Below, in pieces: positions 1-14,179 of a stretch of DNA of 64,000 nt. The first letter of the stretch is position 1; the number at the start of each line of letters is the position of its first letter. Source of the DNA: the human T2T-CHM13v2.0 reference genome, Homo sapiens. The notes beneath the pieces are model-generated. The model saw nothing but the letters and a program-made list of their open reading frames with translations. It ran no database searches and was not told the DNA's origin. Location: NCBI RefSeq assembly GCF_009914755.1, contig NC_060925.1; one strand, written 5' to 3'. The position numbers and the translations under genes were made by a program.

Positions 1-370
1 CAACTCACATTTTTCCTACTATCATTAAGACTGTCCTGTTCCAGTGATGGCTGGGAGTAAATCTGAACATAAACCAGAAAATCGCAGGAGATGTGTAGTA
101 GTTCCTTAGTTACAACTATGAGAATGAAGTCGTACCCTTGGAGAATTCTAGTGTGTGACTTGAAATATACTTAGTAATCCAGTCACTGAAAGACTGACAG
201 ATTTGCTCATTGGTTTCTCAGATTCCGCCTAACAAGGCCTACGGGACATGGATTCTAAATGAGAAGAATAATTTCTAAAAAGTATTTTGACAGTTGCCTT
301 TAAAAAAACAGAAACATTTTATGGCATATGTCCTTTATTTATAAGACTGATTTTTATAGATTATTTAGCA

Positions 371-471
371 TGCTTGAACCCAGGAGGTGGAGGTGGCAGT
401 GAGCTGAAATCGCGTCACTGCACTCCAGCCTGGGCAGCAGAGTGAAACTCAGTCTTGGGAAAAAAAAAAAA
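371..471 (+). mobile_element. Alu right-arm 3' fragment
   Basis: gcttgaacccaggagg...cactccagcctggg followed by an A-tail. Confidence 0.9.
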
Positions 472-1434
472 TGTCCTCTTTCACGTGAATTTTAATAAAA
501 TACTATGATGCACATAAAAGAGAAGCAGTTGAACTGTGCTAAGCATGGGGCTTGGCCCTAGGAACACTGCGAGACTGCTGTCTGGTTAGGAAGCAGAGTC
601 TTATATGCACATAATTACAAGATGCATGGATTCATGCATTAATAGAAGTATGATTATCCTTCCCCAACATCTGATTCCTCTTACTGAAATACAATTTTAC
701 ATCTATATACTTTTTATATCTATCTATATCAATTTGTAAACATTGCCTATATGTGAACCAATCCTACTGAGAATTTAGTAGAAGTGGAGCCTGAGTTCAG
801 AGGGAAAAAAAAAATAACAGATAGCAGAACAGGCTTAGCAGTTTTTTCCAGACAATCCTGGAGGAGGAAATTAAAAAATAGGGTTTTAGAATTGACCTGC
901 AGGACAATTAATTAATTTATTTTTTCTTAAGAAATATTTATTGCGCTCCCCTTATGCACCAGCCATTCTTCAAGGAGGTACAGATTCAGGGGTAAATGAG
1001 AAAACAAAGAAAAAAGATTCTTACACATAGAGAAAAAATGTTTTGTGAGAAAACAGACTCCATCTGTCTTGTTCAATACTAGGTTCTAAAATAATGTCTG
1101 GCATTTAGCATACATTCAATAAATATTGGTAGAATAAAAAGAAAAAAAATGAACAATTTATACAGAAATGAATATTACTGAGGCACTAAAACCTAGCAAT
1201 GTGATTGAGAATGACTGGAGTCTGGCATAGGGGCCTGCTTTTAAAATGATGGCCAAGGAAGGCCACTGGGAGATGGTACCAAGCGAGTTGATGATTTCTG
1301 CTCCAATCTCTATCTTATCTCTTTATAACATTCAATTATATGAATGTTAGAACTTCTGATATTGTTCCACAGGTATTGGACACTGTGGCATATTTTTTCT
1401 CTTTGATTTGTCAGTTTGGGGAATTTCTTTCAAT

Positions 1435-2190
1435 AATTTTTATGGTTATATAATAATTGTACATTTTTATGGAGTACCTATGATATTTTGATACAAGCAT
1501 ACAATGTGTAATGATCAAATCAGGGTAATTAGGATATCCATCACCTCAAACATTTATCATTCCTTTGTATTAGAAACATTCCAATTCCACTCCTCAGTTA
1601 TTTTGAAATATGCAATTAATTATTGTTAACTATATTAGCCCTATTATATTACTGAACACTAGTTCTTATTCCTTCTATCTAACTATATTTTTGTAACCAT
1701 TAACCAATCTCTCTTTACCCTTCCCCTTCCCCTCCCACTACACTTCCCAGCCTCTGGTAATCGCCATTCTACACTCTATCTCCATGAGATCAGTTTTTTA
1801 TCTCTCATATGTAAGTGAGAACATGAAATGTTTGTCTTTCTGTGCCTAGCTTATTTCACTTGACACAATGTTCTCCGGTTCCATCTATGTTGTTGCAAAT
1901 GATAGAATTTCATTCTTTCTACGGCTGAAAAATATTCCATTGTGTATCTATACCACTTTTTTTAGTCCATTCATCCATTGATGGACACTTAGGTTGAATC
2001 CATATATTGGCTATTGTGAATAGTGCTGCAAAAAACATGAGGGTGCAGATATCTCTTTGATATAGTGATTTCTTTTGGATATATTCCCAGCAGCAGGACT
2101 GCTGGGTCATACGGTAGTTCTATTTTTAGCTTTTTTAGAGCCCTCTCCCACACCCATACTGCTTTCCATAGTGCCTATGCTAATTTACTA
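1435..2190 (-). mobile_element. L1 (L1MA-type) 3' end
   Basis: Typical L1MA 3' UTR in reverse complement; ORF 1919-2110 (RDICTLMFFAALFTIA...WIQPKCPSMDEW) matches the ORF2p C-terminus. Confidence 0.88.
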
Positions 2191-3500
2191 TGTCTTCAAC
2201 TTCACTGATTCCTTCCTCCATCTTGTCTAGTCTCCCTTAAGCCTGGTCAATGAATTCTTCATTTCTCATAATGTATTCTTCACTTCTTTTATTTCTCTTT
2301 GGATCTGTTAAAATATTTATTTTACAACTCTCTAATAAAATTCCACATCTTTTCATGACTGTTTTTCCACCTCTCCCACTAGATTTTTTTTTTCCACATT
2401 TATCATGGTTATTTTACGTCTCTATCTGATAATTCCAATTCTATGTGTGGGTCTGCTTCTATGGACCACTCTCAAGAATATTCTGTTGATCTTGGGCCAC
2501 ACTTTTTTTCCCTCATGTCTTATAATTTTTTATTGAGTGCCAGACGGTTTCTGTAAAAGAGCAGTAGAAATTTACAGAAATAATAGTCATCCCCAGAAAA
2601 GGGCACACCACTTCTCTTATTAGGCTGCTAATTAGGAGACTGAGTGGATTAAGTCTACAGTTAAGCAGAGTCTGGGTTGTGCCGCTGCTTTAGTTAGATT
2701 CGGTTCTTCATTGCCTTCAAATGTGTCGAGAGCAGAACCTTCTCTTCAGCAGGACTTGGGACTTGAGTCCCAGAAAGACTCTAGAATCTCTTTACTTATT
2801 GTTAATCCAGTAACCAACTTTCTGAACCAAGGGATATCTCTTGCTGCTTTACAGGCCAGCTCCTAGGTTTTTCGGTTGCTCGGGAGTTCTCTCTGCTCTC
2901 TAGTTTCACCATGGTTTTTTGTGCTTCAGGATATCTTTCTACTGATCTTCCCTTCCTCTAGTCTTCCAAAGAGCCACTGCAGTACAACTAGTGAAGGCCT
3001 AGAATGCACTGGGGGGATTTCTCTCAAGGCTTTTTCCCTGCCTTAGCCTTCAGCAGACCTCTTTTAACTGGAGGAGGCCCTGCTTGCCTTAGGGGGGATA
3101 TCTCTCAGCTTGGCTGCCTTGGCTTTACATTTGGTTGACAATTCAGTGAAGTCCCATGAGACGGTTGGTTGATGAGTGCAGAGATGGTCCGTGCCTGGGC
3201 TTCTTGGGGTTCTCACACATCACACAACTCTAAAAACATTCATTAAAAGTTCTTTACAATTTTAACTGGTGTCTCTACAGTGACATCTTCCTTTCACCAT
3301 TTCTCCAGGGAGCAAAGCAGTCATGAGTTTCTGCTCTCCTTGTCACTTTCTGAAATTTAGTTCATTTAAGTTTATTTGCATTTTCAGATTTTAGGTAAGT
3401 TTTTTAAAAGTCTAATTTTGTGGCTTATATCTTTTGTTATGGTTATTAGGGTAGGAGTAATAATCTCTTATAGCTTTCTACATCCTTACTAGAAGCAGAA
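2190..3500 (-). mobile_element. Ancient L1M 5'/ORF1-region fragment
   Basis: Degenerate similarity to old L1M minus-strand sequence. Confidence 0.5.
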
Positions 3501-4649
3501 GTCCTGCCTGAATTTCAAAGTCATAAGCTAACCATATGGTATCTATTATCCTAGCAGTCTGAGTTTGAATTGGAAAGGCCTTGGAAGGTTTTAAGCAGAG
3601 ATTAGGCAACAACTGTGAGTCATAAAACATTTCATACAACTCTGCAGTTGAATAGTATGTATGAAAATATATGAAATGTAAAGCATTTGAGGAATAATTA
3701 TAGTCGAGGTAACAATAATAATTACTGTTATATGGTGTTATATGTCATTTCTCATATTGATTGCTACACAGTTTCCAGTAATTCATTTAAAAACTTATTG
3801 TACACGTAGCCATTCCAGCCTTTAATTGTGTTCATTTCCTATATTAAGACATCTCCCCACCCATACTTTGTAACCCAAGAGCCATAACTAAATTTACAAT
3901 TTAAACTAAATCAGGCACAAAACAGTCACTGATCATTTTAATATTGAAGGTTTTAAAGGACACATTATGAAAAAATTAAAATGCAAAAAGCAGCACAAAG
4001 TTAAATTAAATTATTTATTATGGAAAGATTAGTCAATCTGGTTACTTCCCTAAATTTTGCATGACTAAAATATTACAGAAAATTTCCTTTTGGCTGATCA
4101 GTATATAGATCAGAAACTCCCCAAAGAAGATGTATTAATAAAGTTAACTCATTCCTTATTAATGCTCTAGGCATTTTAACAAATGCAAAGTGAAATATCT
4201 ACCTCAAAAATGACTTTAATGATAAGTTATTTCTTTGCTTCATGTACACAATGGATAATTAGTTCAGGAAAAGAATCTCAGAGGGAGAAAAAATAGCCAA
4301 CTGTGAAATTCACAAATACTTTCCTTGGATTGGGTACAAATGCTATTCAGGCTAATACCAGGGATGCATAAATTCTTTCTATCCTATTTACAATCCAGTC
4401 TTGATTAGTTAGGAGCTCATTTTCCAGTTTGTGAATTATCTAGGTCTTTGATTCTTCTCTTCCCTCTGGCTGATTACCTTTCCCATTTCTCTGCTCATTA
4501 GCACCTCCACCAAAGGAAATGAAAATCCAGGTGAAAAGGAAAAGTAAATCATTCATAGATAATTCTAAATAATCTGATGTTTGGCTTTAAAAAACAATCT
4601 TTTTATTGTGCGTAAGTATATATGCATAGTTTTATTTAAGAAAATACAG

Positions 4650-4860
4650 TTTCTTAGCAGAACAGTGGGGACTGTGTGGTCAGATGTTCTGTGTTCAATT
4701 TGAAATTCTATCACTTACTATTTAAAAACTATCCATAGGAAAGTCCTTACCTTCATCCAGATATCAGTCTTATCATGCAATCAGGATGATATTCATATCT
4801 TTTTTGTGAGGTTATTGTGAAATCGATTCAGAGAAATACACATCTGTATCCTATAAATGG
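4650..4860 (+). mobile_element. MIR
   Basis: Degenerate MIR core (tcagtcttatcatg...gtgaggttattgtgaa). Confidence 0.55.
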
Positions 4861-6034
4861 CTATTCAAAACTAAGAAACTGTTATGTTTTCAATTTGTAA
4901 AACCCCTTTGTCAATTCTTGTTTCTTCTACTTTCCTTAAGAATCAGTTTGTTTTGGGGAAAAGGCTCATTGCCAAAGTATATCTCTTTTTTTCTTCTTCC
5001 TTGCTCCTTTTTAAAAAATTGTACCTTTTCTCTCTAACATGGTTATGAAATACACTGGTAGAAAGGTTGAAGAAACTGGTAGAAATATGGTTACATCTTT
5101 ACCAACAAATTTCATTGACTGATTCTTCCCTGCCTCCTATTAAAATGGATAACTACTAGTTACCTGTATTAGTATATATATTCTTACCAAAATGGCCCTC
5201 ATTCTAATTTGTACTTTTATAAATTTTGGTTATTAAAATGAAGACATATCCCACATAGTAAAATTTTCAGTAAATTAAAGAATTCATTATACACATTTAA
5301 CTGTTATATCAAAGTATACTTCATTTGTCTTATTTTAAGGATGTCTGGTTTGCCTGGTGATTAAGCTAGTAGTCCTGTGTCTCTCATGAACAGTCTCTTT
5401 TTAATTGATTTACAATTAATTGGATCATATTTGTGGATCACAGATATAGTTTAAACTGAATCAATTATCTAATCAAAAATAACAATTAAAAAAGAAAAGC
5501 AGTCATTAAAATACAGTATATAAACCCTTAAAAAATAATGTGTTAAGTATTGTTTTTTATAAGCTATTTTAAACAATAAAGAGGATGCTTTCAAGTAAAT
5601 ATCTTAGAAGACCTCAGGGGGAAAATGTGAAATTAGTTCTTTGTGAAAAATAAATATCTAAAGAGTATTCCCTGTAGGGTACAATGTAAAAGAATAAACT
5701 AGCTACTGGCAAAAAAGGAAGCTGGGGGAGAAAAAAAATATATAGTTATCAATAAGCCCAAAAAAGAGTAAAATGAAATGAATAGTTTGTAACAGAGCTA
5801 ATGAAACACATATACTTGTAGCATATTCTGCTAAATAAAAACTTTATATTGCCTCCTACATTTAAGCCTCTCATAAAACAGTTGTGCATTTTTCTAAAAT
5901 TGCTTACAAATTAGCAGATTAAATGGGCCCTTTGCACATTTTAAAGGCTTGAGGGGATAAGTAGGAGGAAAACAATTGTTACAGTTTTCACATTATCCTT
6001 TCTTTCTCCTTCTTTCCCCAGCCCTTTAAGAGAA

Positions 6035-6166
6035 GATTGCATTAGAGTTGAGTTCTCAACACTGATTGTTATGAAATAGTACCAAATTGATACTAAGTAA
6101 GATTACATTGGAGTTGAGATCGCAACACGAATTGTTATGAAATATTACTAAATTGATATTATGTAA
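6035..6166. repeat. Tandem duplication, 2 x 66 bp (10 mismatches)
   Basis: Units start at 6035 and 6101, ungapped. Confidence 0.9.
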
Positions 6167-8473
6167 GCGAGCCTACTGAACAAAGCTTTTCAGCTCTTTG
6201 AATATGAATTTTATTTTCATTTTTTGACATGAACTGGGTATGTGACAAACATAAGCAATTTATAAATTGTTTCCATTGCCTCTCTCATGAGCTAGTTTAT
6301 ACCATGAAAGACTCCACATTCACTGCATCATTGCCATCCCCAGGGTCTCTTTCACATGGTTCAGTGTGTTAGATGCTATACTTCCAATGTGGAAAGACAA
6401 TATTCTCACCCCAAAGGCAGCCTGACAAATTACAAAATGAAGGGGTATTTGAGAAAGAGTATGTTGTAGCCAGTAATGCTTGTAAAATGACTCTTTTAAA
6501 AGGTTTGATGGATTTTCTCAAGATTCTTCTTTTACTGAATGACATGAACCACCAGCATTTTAATCTTCAGCAAAGCCAAAGCTTAACAATCCAACCAATA
6601 TTTCTTTCATTTCTTAATACTATCTAAGGTCATTTTTAACTTCATGTTAATTCCCATGACTCAGTATCAAAGTGAGAATGATCAAAATGCTAGAGGGTGT
6701 TAATTGACTGGTAACTTGAAGAGTTGGGTAGGGACTGAAGAGCTAGGTAGCCGGGTGTTAGCGATTCAACTCAACCTAAAAGTAATTCCCAAGATGCATT
6801 CCAGGAAAAGGGCTATAATAATTTTAAGTTAAACCAATTTTTTAAACAGATTTATGGAAGTATACTTCTATATATGTTATATAAAGAATAAAATAATAAT
6901 TTATGAAAGTATACAATAAATTATACATACTTAAAGTATACAATTTTATAAATTTTGACATATGTAATACTTTAAGACCATTATCACAATCAAGATAATG
7001 AACATATCTATTTTGCCAAAAAGTTTCCATGTGACTCTTTATAACTCCTCTCTCCCACTCATAACCCCTCTGTCCATAAGACAACCATTGATTTACTTTG
7101 TGTCTCTACAGATCAGTTCACATTTTCTAGTTTTAGGATGACATAATAATATATGTACTTTTGTGAGGTGTTTTTTTTTTTGAATCTGGATTCCTTCACT
7201 TGAAATAATTATTTTGAGATTAATCCATTTTGTTGTGTGTATAATAGTTCATTCTTTTTATTGCTAAGTGATATTTCATAGTATGAATATACCACAATTT
7301 GTTTATCTTTTCAGTTGTTGATGAAAATATGAGTTAGTCCCAGGTTTTTTGTTGTTGTTGTTGTTACAAATAAAACTTCTATGAACATTCCCGTACAAGT
7401 CTTTGTATAGATATATGTTTTGTTTTCTCTTGGGTAGATATCTAAAAGTAAAATATCTGGGTCATATGATGGGTATATGTTTAAATTTCTAAAATAAACC
7501 CACCAAAGTACTGTATCAGATATATGATTTGCAACTATTTTCTTTCAGTCTGTCATCTGTATTTTCATATTTCTTTATAAACGAGTTTGAAGAGGAAATG
7601 TTTTTAATTTGTATCAAATCACATATATCCTTTTTCTCTCTTTCAAAGGCAGTAATTTTGGTAGGTATCTGACAAATATTTACCTAACAAAGGTCAAAAG
7701 TTTTCTTCAAAAAGTTTTATAGTTTTAGGTTTCTCATTTAGGTCTATGAGTATTTTAAGTTAACTTCTATATATCATGTGAGATCTGAATCAAGGCTTAC
7801 TTTCTTGTTGCATAAGAACACCCAATTTTTCCAGCATATTTGCTGAAAGACTATATTTTGTCCACTGAATTGCCTTTTTGCATCTTTGTCAAAAATCAGT
7901 TGTTCATATAAATAATTTGTGGGTTGTTTGTAGGACTTACTATTCTGCCACATTAATCTATTTGCCTATCTTTATGCCAACACCAGACTATCTCATTACT
8001 GTAATTTTAACATAGCTCGATATCAGAAAGTTTTAGACTTCCAACTTTGTTCTTTATCAATTGTTTTGTAAGTCCTTTGCACTTCCATATGAATTTCAAG
8101 ATCAGCTTGTCAAACTCCACAAAAAAGGTTTGCTAATATTTTGATTGGGATTGCACTTTATCCATAGATAAAAATGGGAAGACTTGGCATCTTAACAATA
8201 GTGGCTCCTCTGATCTATGAATACAGTATATTCTTCCATTTATTAGGTTGTCTTTAATTTCTCTCAGAAATGGATTGTTGTTTTCAGTGTTCTTATCTTT
8301 CACATCTTTTGTCAGATTTATCTGTATTTCATGATTTGCTGCTACTGTAAATGATATATTTATTTTAATTTCCAGTTGTTTATTGCTTGCATATAAAAAT
8401 ACAATTAATTTTTACAAGCCAATCTTATATCCTTCAACCTTGTCAAACTCACTGATTACCTAAAGTATTCTGA

Positions 8474-8600
8474 CAGGGCCAAATCTAGGATAGGCAAGTT
8501 AGGTATTTATCTCAGCTGCAAAAATTAAGGGAATGGCAAAAGTCTCAGTAATGAAGAGAAGGTGTTTTACTGTAATTAAAAAAAAAATACAATCTAAAAA
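8474..8600 (+). mobile_element. hAT-Tip100-like DNA transposon fragment
   Basis: cagggcc...taggcaagttagg...gcaaaaattaagggaatggcaaaagtctcagtaatgaaga resembles MER91/MER45-group termini. Confidence 0.4.
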
Positions 8601-9864
8601 CAACAGCCTGTGGGCTATCTGACTGTTCCTGTAAATTAAGTGATTTTTTTGGTTGGTTGTTTCTTTGGTATATTCCATGGATTTTCTACACAGATAATCA
8701 AATTGTATATAAAGACAGTTTTACTTCTTCCTTTGCAGTCTTTTATTTTTTTCTTCTAATTGGACAGGGCAGAATCTCTAGCATAATGTGGAATGGAAGT
8801 TGGTGAAAGCAGATATCCTTATTTCACTTAGGAGGAAAGCATACAGTCTTTCACTATTTAGTATGATATTAGTTGTAGGCTTTGTTGTACATACCCTTCA
8901 TCAAGTTAAGGAATTTTCCTACTATTAATTTGCTGAGATTTTTCCCATTTTAACTAGAAATAGATTTTTAATTTCTTCAAATTTTTTTTTCTATTGGGTT
9001 TATTGAGATAATATATTTTGTGTGATTATCACTATTTAGTTTATAACATATGAACTATGCTACTTTCAAATATTAACCCTATCTGGAGTTCCTACCTGGA
9101 GTTCCTTGTACTCTTTCTCTAATTGTGGTATCAGGGTGTTGGCCCCATAGAATGTGTTGAGAAGTATTCCCTCTATTTTACATTTCTGAAAGGTATGTAT
9201 AGAACTGGCACTATTCTTTTCTAAGTAGTTTAGCGAATCTACTTGTGAAGCAATCTGGGCCTGAAGTTTTATTTTCTCTAATGTTATCTATTGTCTCTTG
9301 AATAAGCTTTTATAGTTTGTGTCCTTCAAGGAAATTGTCCAGTTCACTTAAGTTGATTAATTCATTTACATAATGTTGTTCATAATATGATGTCATTTTC
9401 CTTTTAATATCTGTAGAATCTGCAGTGATGTTATCTCTCTCCTTTTCTATATTGGTAATCTGTGTTTCTTCTTTTTGTTTCCTGATCAGTCTGGCTAAAG
9501 TTTGGTCAATTTTTTTCGTCTCCGCAAGGAACCAGCTTTACCTTCATTGATGTTCTCTATTTTTTTTCTTTTTCCAATTTCATTTCTTTTCCACTCTGAT
9601 CTTTATTATATCATTTATTTTATTTACTTTGGGTTCAATCTGCTCTTTTTTTAGTTTTTAAAGGTAAAAATGTAGGTCATTAACTTGAGACTTTTTTTCA
9701 TTTTGATACATGCATTTGGTACTATAAATTTCCCCATGAATAATGTTTTATGGCACACCACAAATATTGACATTCTGTATTTTCATTTCCATTCAGTTCA
9801 AGGTACTTTCTAATTTCTTTATGATTTTTTCTTTGATCCAAGGGTTATTTAGAAGTCTATTTTC

Positions 9865-10152
9865 GGCCGGGCGCGGTGGCTCACGCCTGTAATCCCAGCA
9901 CTTTGGGAGGCCGAGGCGGGGGGATCACCTGAGGTCGGGAGTTCGAGACCAGCCTGACCAACATGGAGAAACCCTGTCTATACTAAAACTACAAAATTAG
10001 CCAGGCATGGTGACGCATGCCTGTAATCCCAACTACTCGGGAGGCTGAGGCCTTGAACCGGGAGGCAAAAGTTGTGGTGAGCCAATATCACACCATTGCA
10101 CTCCAGTCTGGGCAACAAAAGCAAAACTCCCTCTCAAAAAAAAAAAAAAAAA
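9865..10152 (+). mobile_element. AluSp-like, no TSD
   Basis: Sp diagnostics gaggtcggga, ctgaccaacatggagaaacc and ccattgcac; ~10-bp internal deletion; A-tail. Confidence 0.92.
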
Positions 10153-12894
10153 TCCAATGTGAAAATCTCTGCCCTTTAATTGCGGTGCTTAGACCATTTA
10201 CATTTTTCATGAGATTATTTAATGGTTAGGTTTAACTCTTATCATCTATATACTATATGGATTCTATTTGTCTCATCTCTTTTTTACTCCTCTTTCTTCT
10301 TCTTTCTTTTGGATTAAGTACTTTTTATTATTCCATTATATATTGATTGTTGGTTTTTTGGCTATAACTCTTTGAGGCTTTATTTTAGTGATTGTTTTAG
10401 AGTATCTTTAAGGTACTCTTAGAGCATCTTTGAATTATAAAAGCCTACCTCCAAGTAATAGAAAAATTTACAAAAGGTGTTAGAACCCTAGAGCAGTATA
10501 CTTCCATCTCTTTCCTCCCAACTTTCGTACTATAGTTGTACATTTAGCTTTATGTATGCTATAACCCCCATATTATCTTATTTTTTGTTTAAACAACCTA
10601 TTTTCTTCTAAAATGAGTTAATTAATGGGAAAACATCATATATTTACCCATGTAGTTACAATTCTGGTGGTCTTTATTCCATTGTGTAGAACCACAGTTT
10701 GACCTGGCATCATATTCCATCTGCCTAAAACAGTTTAACATTACGCAGTGTAGACCTCCTTTTATTGTGCTTGAAAAATTATTTATTTCACTTATATTTT
10801 TAAAAGGTATGTGGCTGGATTTTGAAATCTAGGTTAATATTCGTCCTTTTCTTTCAGTACTTTTAAGATGTTGCCCCTCTGTCTCATAGCTTAGATTGTT
10901 TCTGACAATTAATCACACTAGTAACTGTTACATGTGTTTTTCTGTACAGAACATGTCTTTATTCTCTGGCTGCTTTTAAGATTTTTCTCTTTATCACTGG
11001 TTTGATTAATCTGATTACATTACTGCCTGGTATAGTTTTCTTAATGTTTCTTATGCTTGGAGTTGATGAAGTTTCTTGGGGGTTTTTTTGGGGAGGGGTG
11101 TTTTGGGAGGTTTGTAGTTTTAGGCAAAACTGGAAGCTTTGCACTATTATTTCTTGAAATTTTTTTCTGTATTTCCACAACTTCCTTCGGGGACTCTAAT
11201 TACACATATATTAGGCCACTTATTGTCACCAGCTCCCTGATGGTATGTTTACTTCTCTCTCTTTCTCTGTTTGCGTGTGTGTGTGCGTTTCATTTTGGAT
11301 AGCTTTTATTGTTATATTTTTAAGGTTACTAATCATTTCTTATGCAATGCCTAAAGTGCTGTTCATAGCTTCCAGTTACCTTTCATCTTATTCATTGTAG
11401 TTTTAATTTCTGGAAGTTTTATTTAGCTCTTTTATCTATCTTCCATGTCTTAGCTTTTTGAACATAAGGAATATAATTATAACAGCTTTATTGTACTTGT
11501 CTGCTAATGCTAATCTTGTCACTTCTAGGATGGTTTTAATCTATAAATTTTCCTCCTATAATGGCTTATGTTTTTCTACTTATTTACATAACAGGTAATT
11601 TTTTATTGAATGCTGGATATTGTGAATCCTACCTTTTTTGGTGCTAGGTATTTTTGTATTCCTATAAATATTCTTCAGCTTTGATCTGGGTTGCAGTTAA
11701 GTTATATGGAAACACGTTGATCCTTTCAGATCTCACCTTTAACATTTGCTGGGCATGACCAAAGCAGTGCTCAGCCTGGGGCTAATTATTTCCCAATACT
11801 TAATTAAGAGTCTTATTTATATTCTATTCAATGCTTGTGGTCATAGAGTTTTCCAGTTTGGCTGGCAAGAACAGTCACTATTCCCAGATATATGTAAGAA
11901 CCAAGGAGTAGTCCATGTCATTCCTCCTTTTTTCCAGTCTCTTTGTTTACTCACATGCATGAGCTGATCTGTACTCAGTGCTGCATACTCAAGAGAACAC
12001 CTGCAGGTCTCTGGAATTCTCTTTATGTAGCTCTCTGCTTTCTGTACTTTATCTTGTGAATTCTAGCCTCCTCAACTCAGGGCCTGGGGCAAGTCCTTTG
12101 TTTTCTATCTCTCAGTGACCACTCTCCTTTATTGCCTGATGTTCCAGGTCTTAAAAGCTGTTGTTTCATGTATATTCTAAGATTTTTGTTGTTGTTTCCA
12201 TTGGGAGGGTAAATCCAGTCTCCATTTCCATCTAGGATGCACTAACATTTTATTTTAAAGAACTACGAATGTCCTATGTCAAGAAAATACTTGGCTACAT
12301 GGAGCCGTAAACTAATCACAGAACCGTGAGCCATATTACATATTCTGATTCATTTTTTGCTACCCTTGTTTTGTGAAATTAAATATATTTTATTTTTTTC
12401 TTTGCTTCTATGCTGATACCAAGAAAAGAACTCACTATTTAAGTGTTTTAATGAGAAGCTGTGAAGTAAAATGAATGAATGATATTAAAGCAGGGGAGTA
12501 TAATAAATAAAACATTAAACAAGGAGTCCAAAAACTTACATGATATAGGACATATAATGAACTCAAATTGAAGGAATCACTGAAAAACATATTTAGTGAG
12601 TTAGTGTTTAATTTTTAAATTGGTAACTATTTCTGAAATGAAGTATTTTGTATAAAACCACTAGTTCACCAAGTTTTGAAAATCAATTGGGCAATATACT
12701 TTAAAAGCTATACACATGCTGTTACCTTTGACTTGCCAAATCTCCCTTTCACAACATACAAAAATATTATTTTAAAAGTAGGGATAAAAACCAAATGCAT
12801 AAATATTCTATGCAATCTAATTTATGGTAGTGAATAATTACCGTGTGTCAAAATGTTATATGTAATCTTTCAAAATGTTTAAACTATCTCTGAG

Positions 12895-13000
12895 GGTCAC
12901 ACAGATGAGGAATTGAGGCTGAGAGTGTCATAAAAAGCAAGTCAGAGGAGATGTTGAGATTCAAATCTGTTCTGACTCTAAGCCCTCTGCCTTTAGCTCC
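12895..13000 (-). mobile_element. MIR
   Basis: acagatgaggaattgaggctgagag core. Confidence 0.65.
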
Positions 13001-14179
13001 TAGACTACAACTCTAGAAAAACAGAATTTTGTTAGGATAAGTGGGCATGGATGTTTTTACTCTTAACCACTCATATTTTAAATTTCCACTACTATTATGA
13101 TATATTCTCTTTTTTTGTAAATTAGAAGAATATTTTTAAATGTCCACAAAATAATGTCACTAGATAATCTGAGTTAAAATTTGTCCCGAATTGTGGCAAA
13201 GAAAGGAGGATGGGATGTAAGTATATATTGACTCTAGAATTCATGAATATCAGAAAATCACTACGTAAGCTCTAGCACAAAAAAACTGAACGGTTTCCTG
13301 GGGATACACTAGTCTTCCCTTCAATAGTTGCTTCAGCAGTTTCCTAATTTATTTAAAATAAATCAGCATGGGACTGTGTAGAAATCAACAGAAACAAGGA
13401 CTTGACAAGCTCAAAAAATTTCAGAGGGAACAAAGGAGAAGTCCCTTCAGTACAGAGACTTACATTTCTCTTTGTGAATATCCTCTTTGGGGTACAAGGC
13501 AAAAGAACTAAGGTGATGTTCATGCTCTCGACGTTCTTTGATAAGTAACAAAAGTAATTATCTTGTACTAGCCATTGCTGGCCTGACAACAGATATAGTT
13601 TCACCTGTTACAAAATTTTATTTTTTTAAACGAGTTGTCTGAGTGACAAAAATCCCCCTATTTCTAATAAGTGAAACTTAATTATAAAAACTTCAAAGAA
13701 ATAGAAGCCTACTTTTGCAGAGGTAGTCTTCGTGGAGATGGCAAGAAGACTGTACAAGGGCTCTGGACTAACGTACGCCCATCAAGTAAGCAATAAGCAT
13801 CCTCCTCGCTTGCAGGACACCTAAATTTGACTCAGTTCCCTGATTCCGCCATTTTGGAATACAGAATTTCAGATGAGGCCAGGTAACAGCTCAAATCCAA
13901 GTCCAAATGGAGTCCCACTGACACTATTTTCAATAGACAGCTACATCCTTGCAAAGCATTAAGAGCTGGGCATAAAATATCCTTAGCTGGGATTAACAGC
14001 AAAACAATGCTTGGCTGATAACATATCTTCTTTCCTTGTCAGATCATTTGTTTTCTTTTTTGAAAATTTATATTTAAGATTGCCCACTTAAGAGAGTTGG
14101 AATAACACATATTCTTAATTTCTCAGGCTACTTAGGGCCAAATGAAATATTTCTTCAAGGTGTAATGGAAAGCCTTCCT

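Larger units (their letters stand above)
6838..12240 (-). mobile_element. Old L1 (L1MC/L1MD-like), long and internally deleted, interrupted by an Alu and a DNA-transposon fragment
   Basis: 3' UTR at 6838, followed by ORF2-, ORF1- and 5'-like reverse-complement sequence. Confidence 0.8.
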
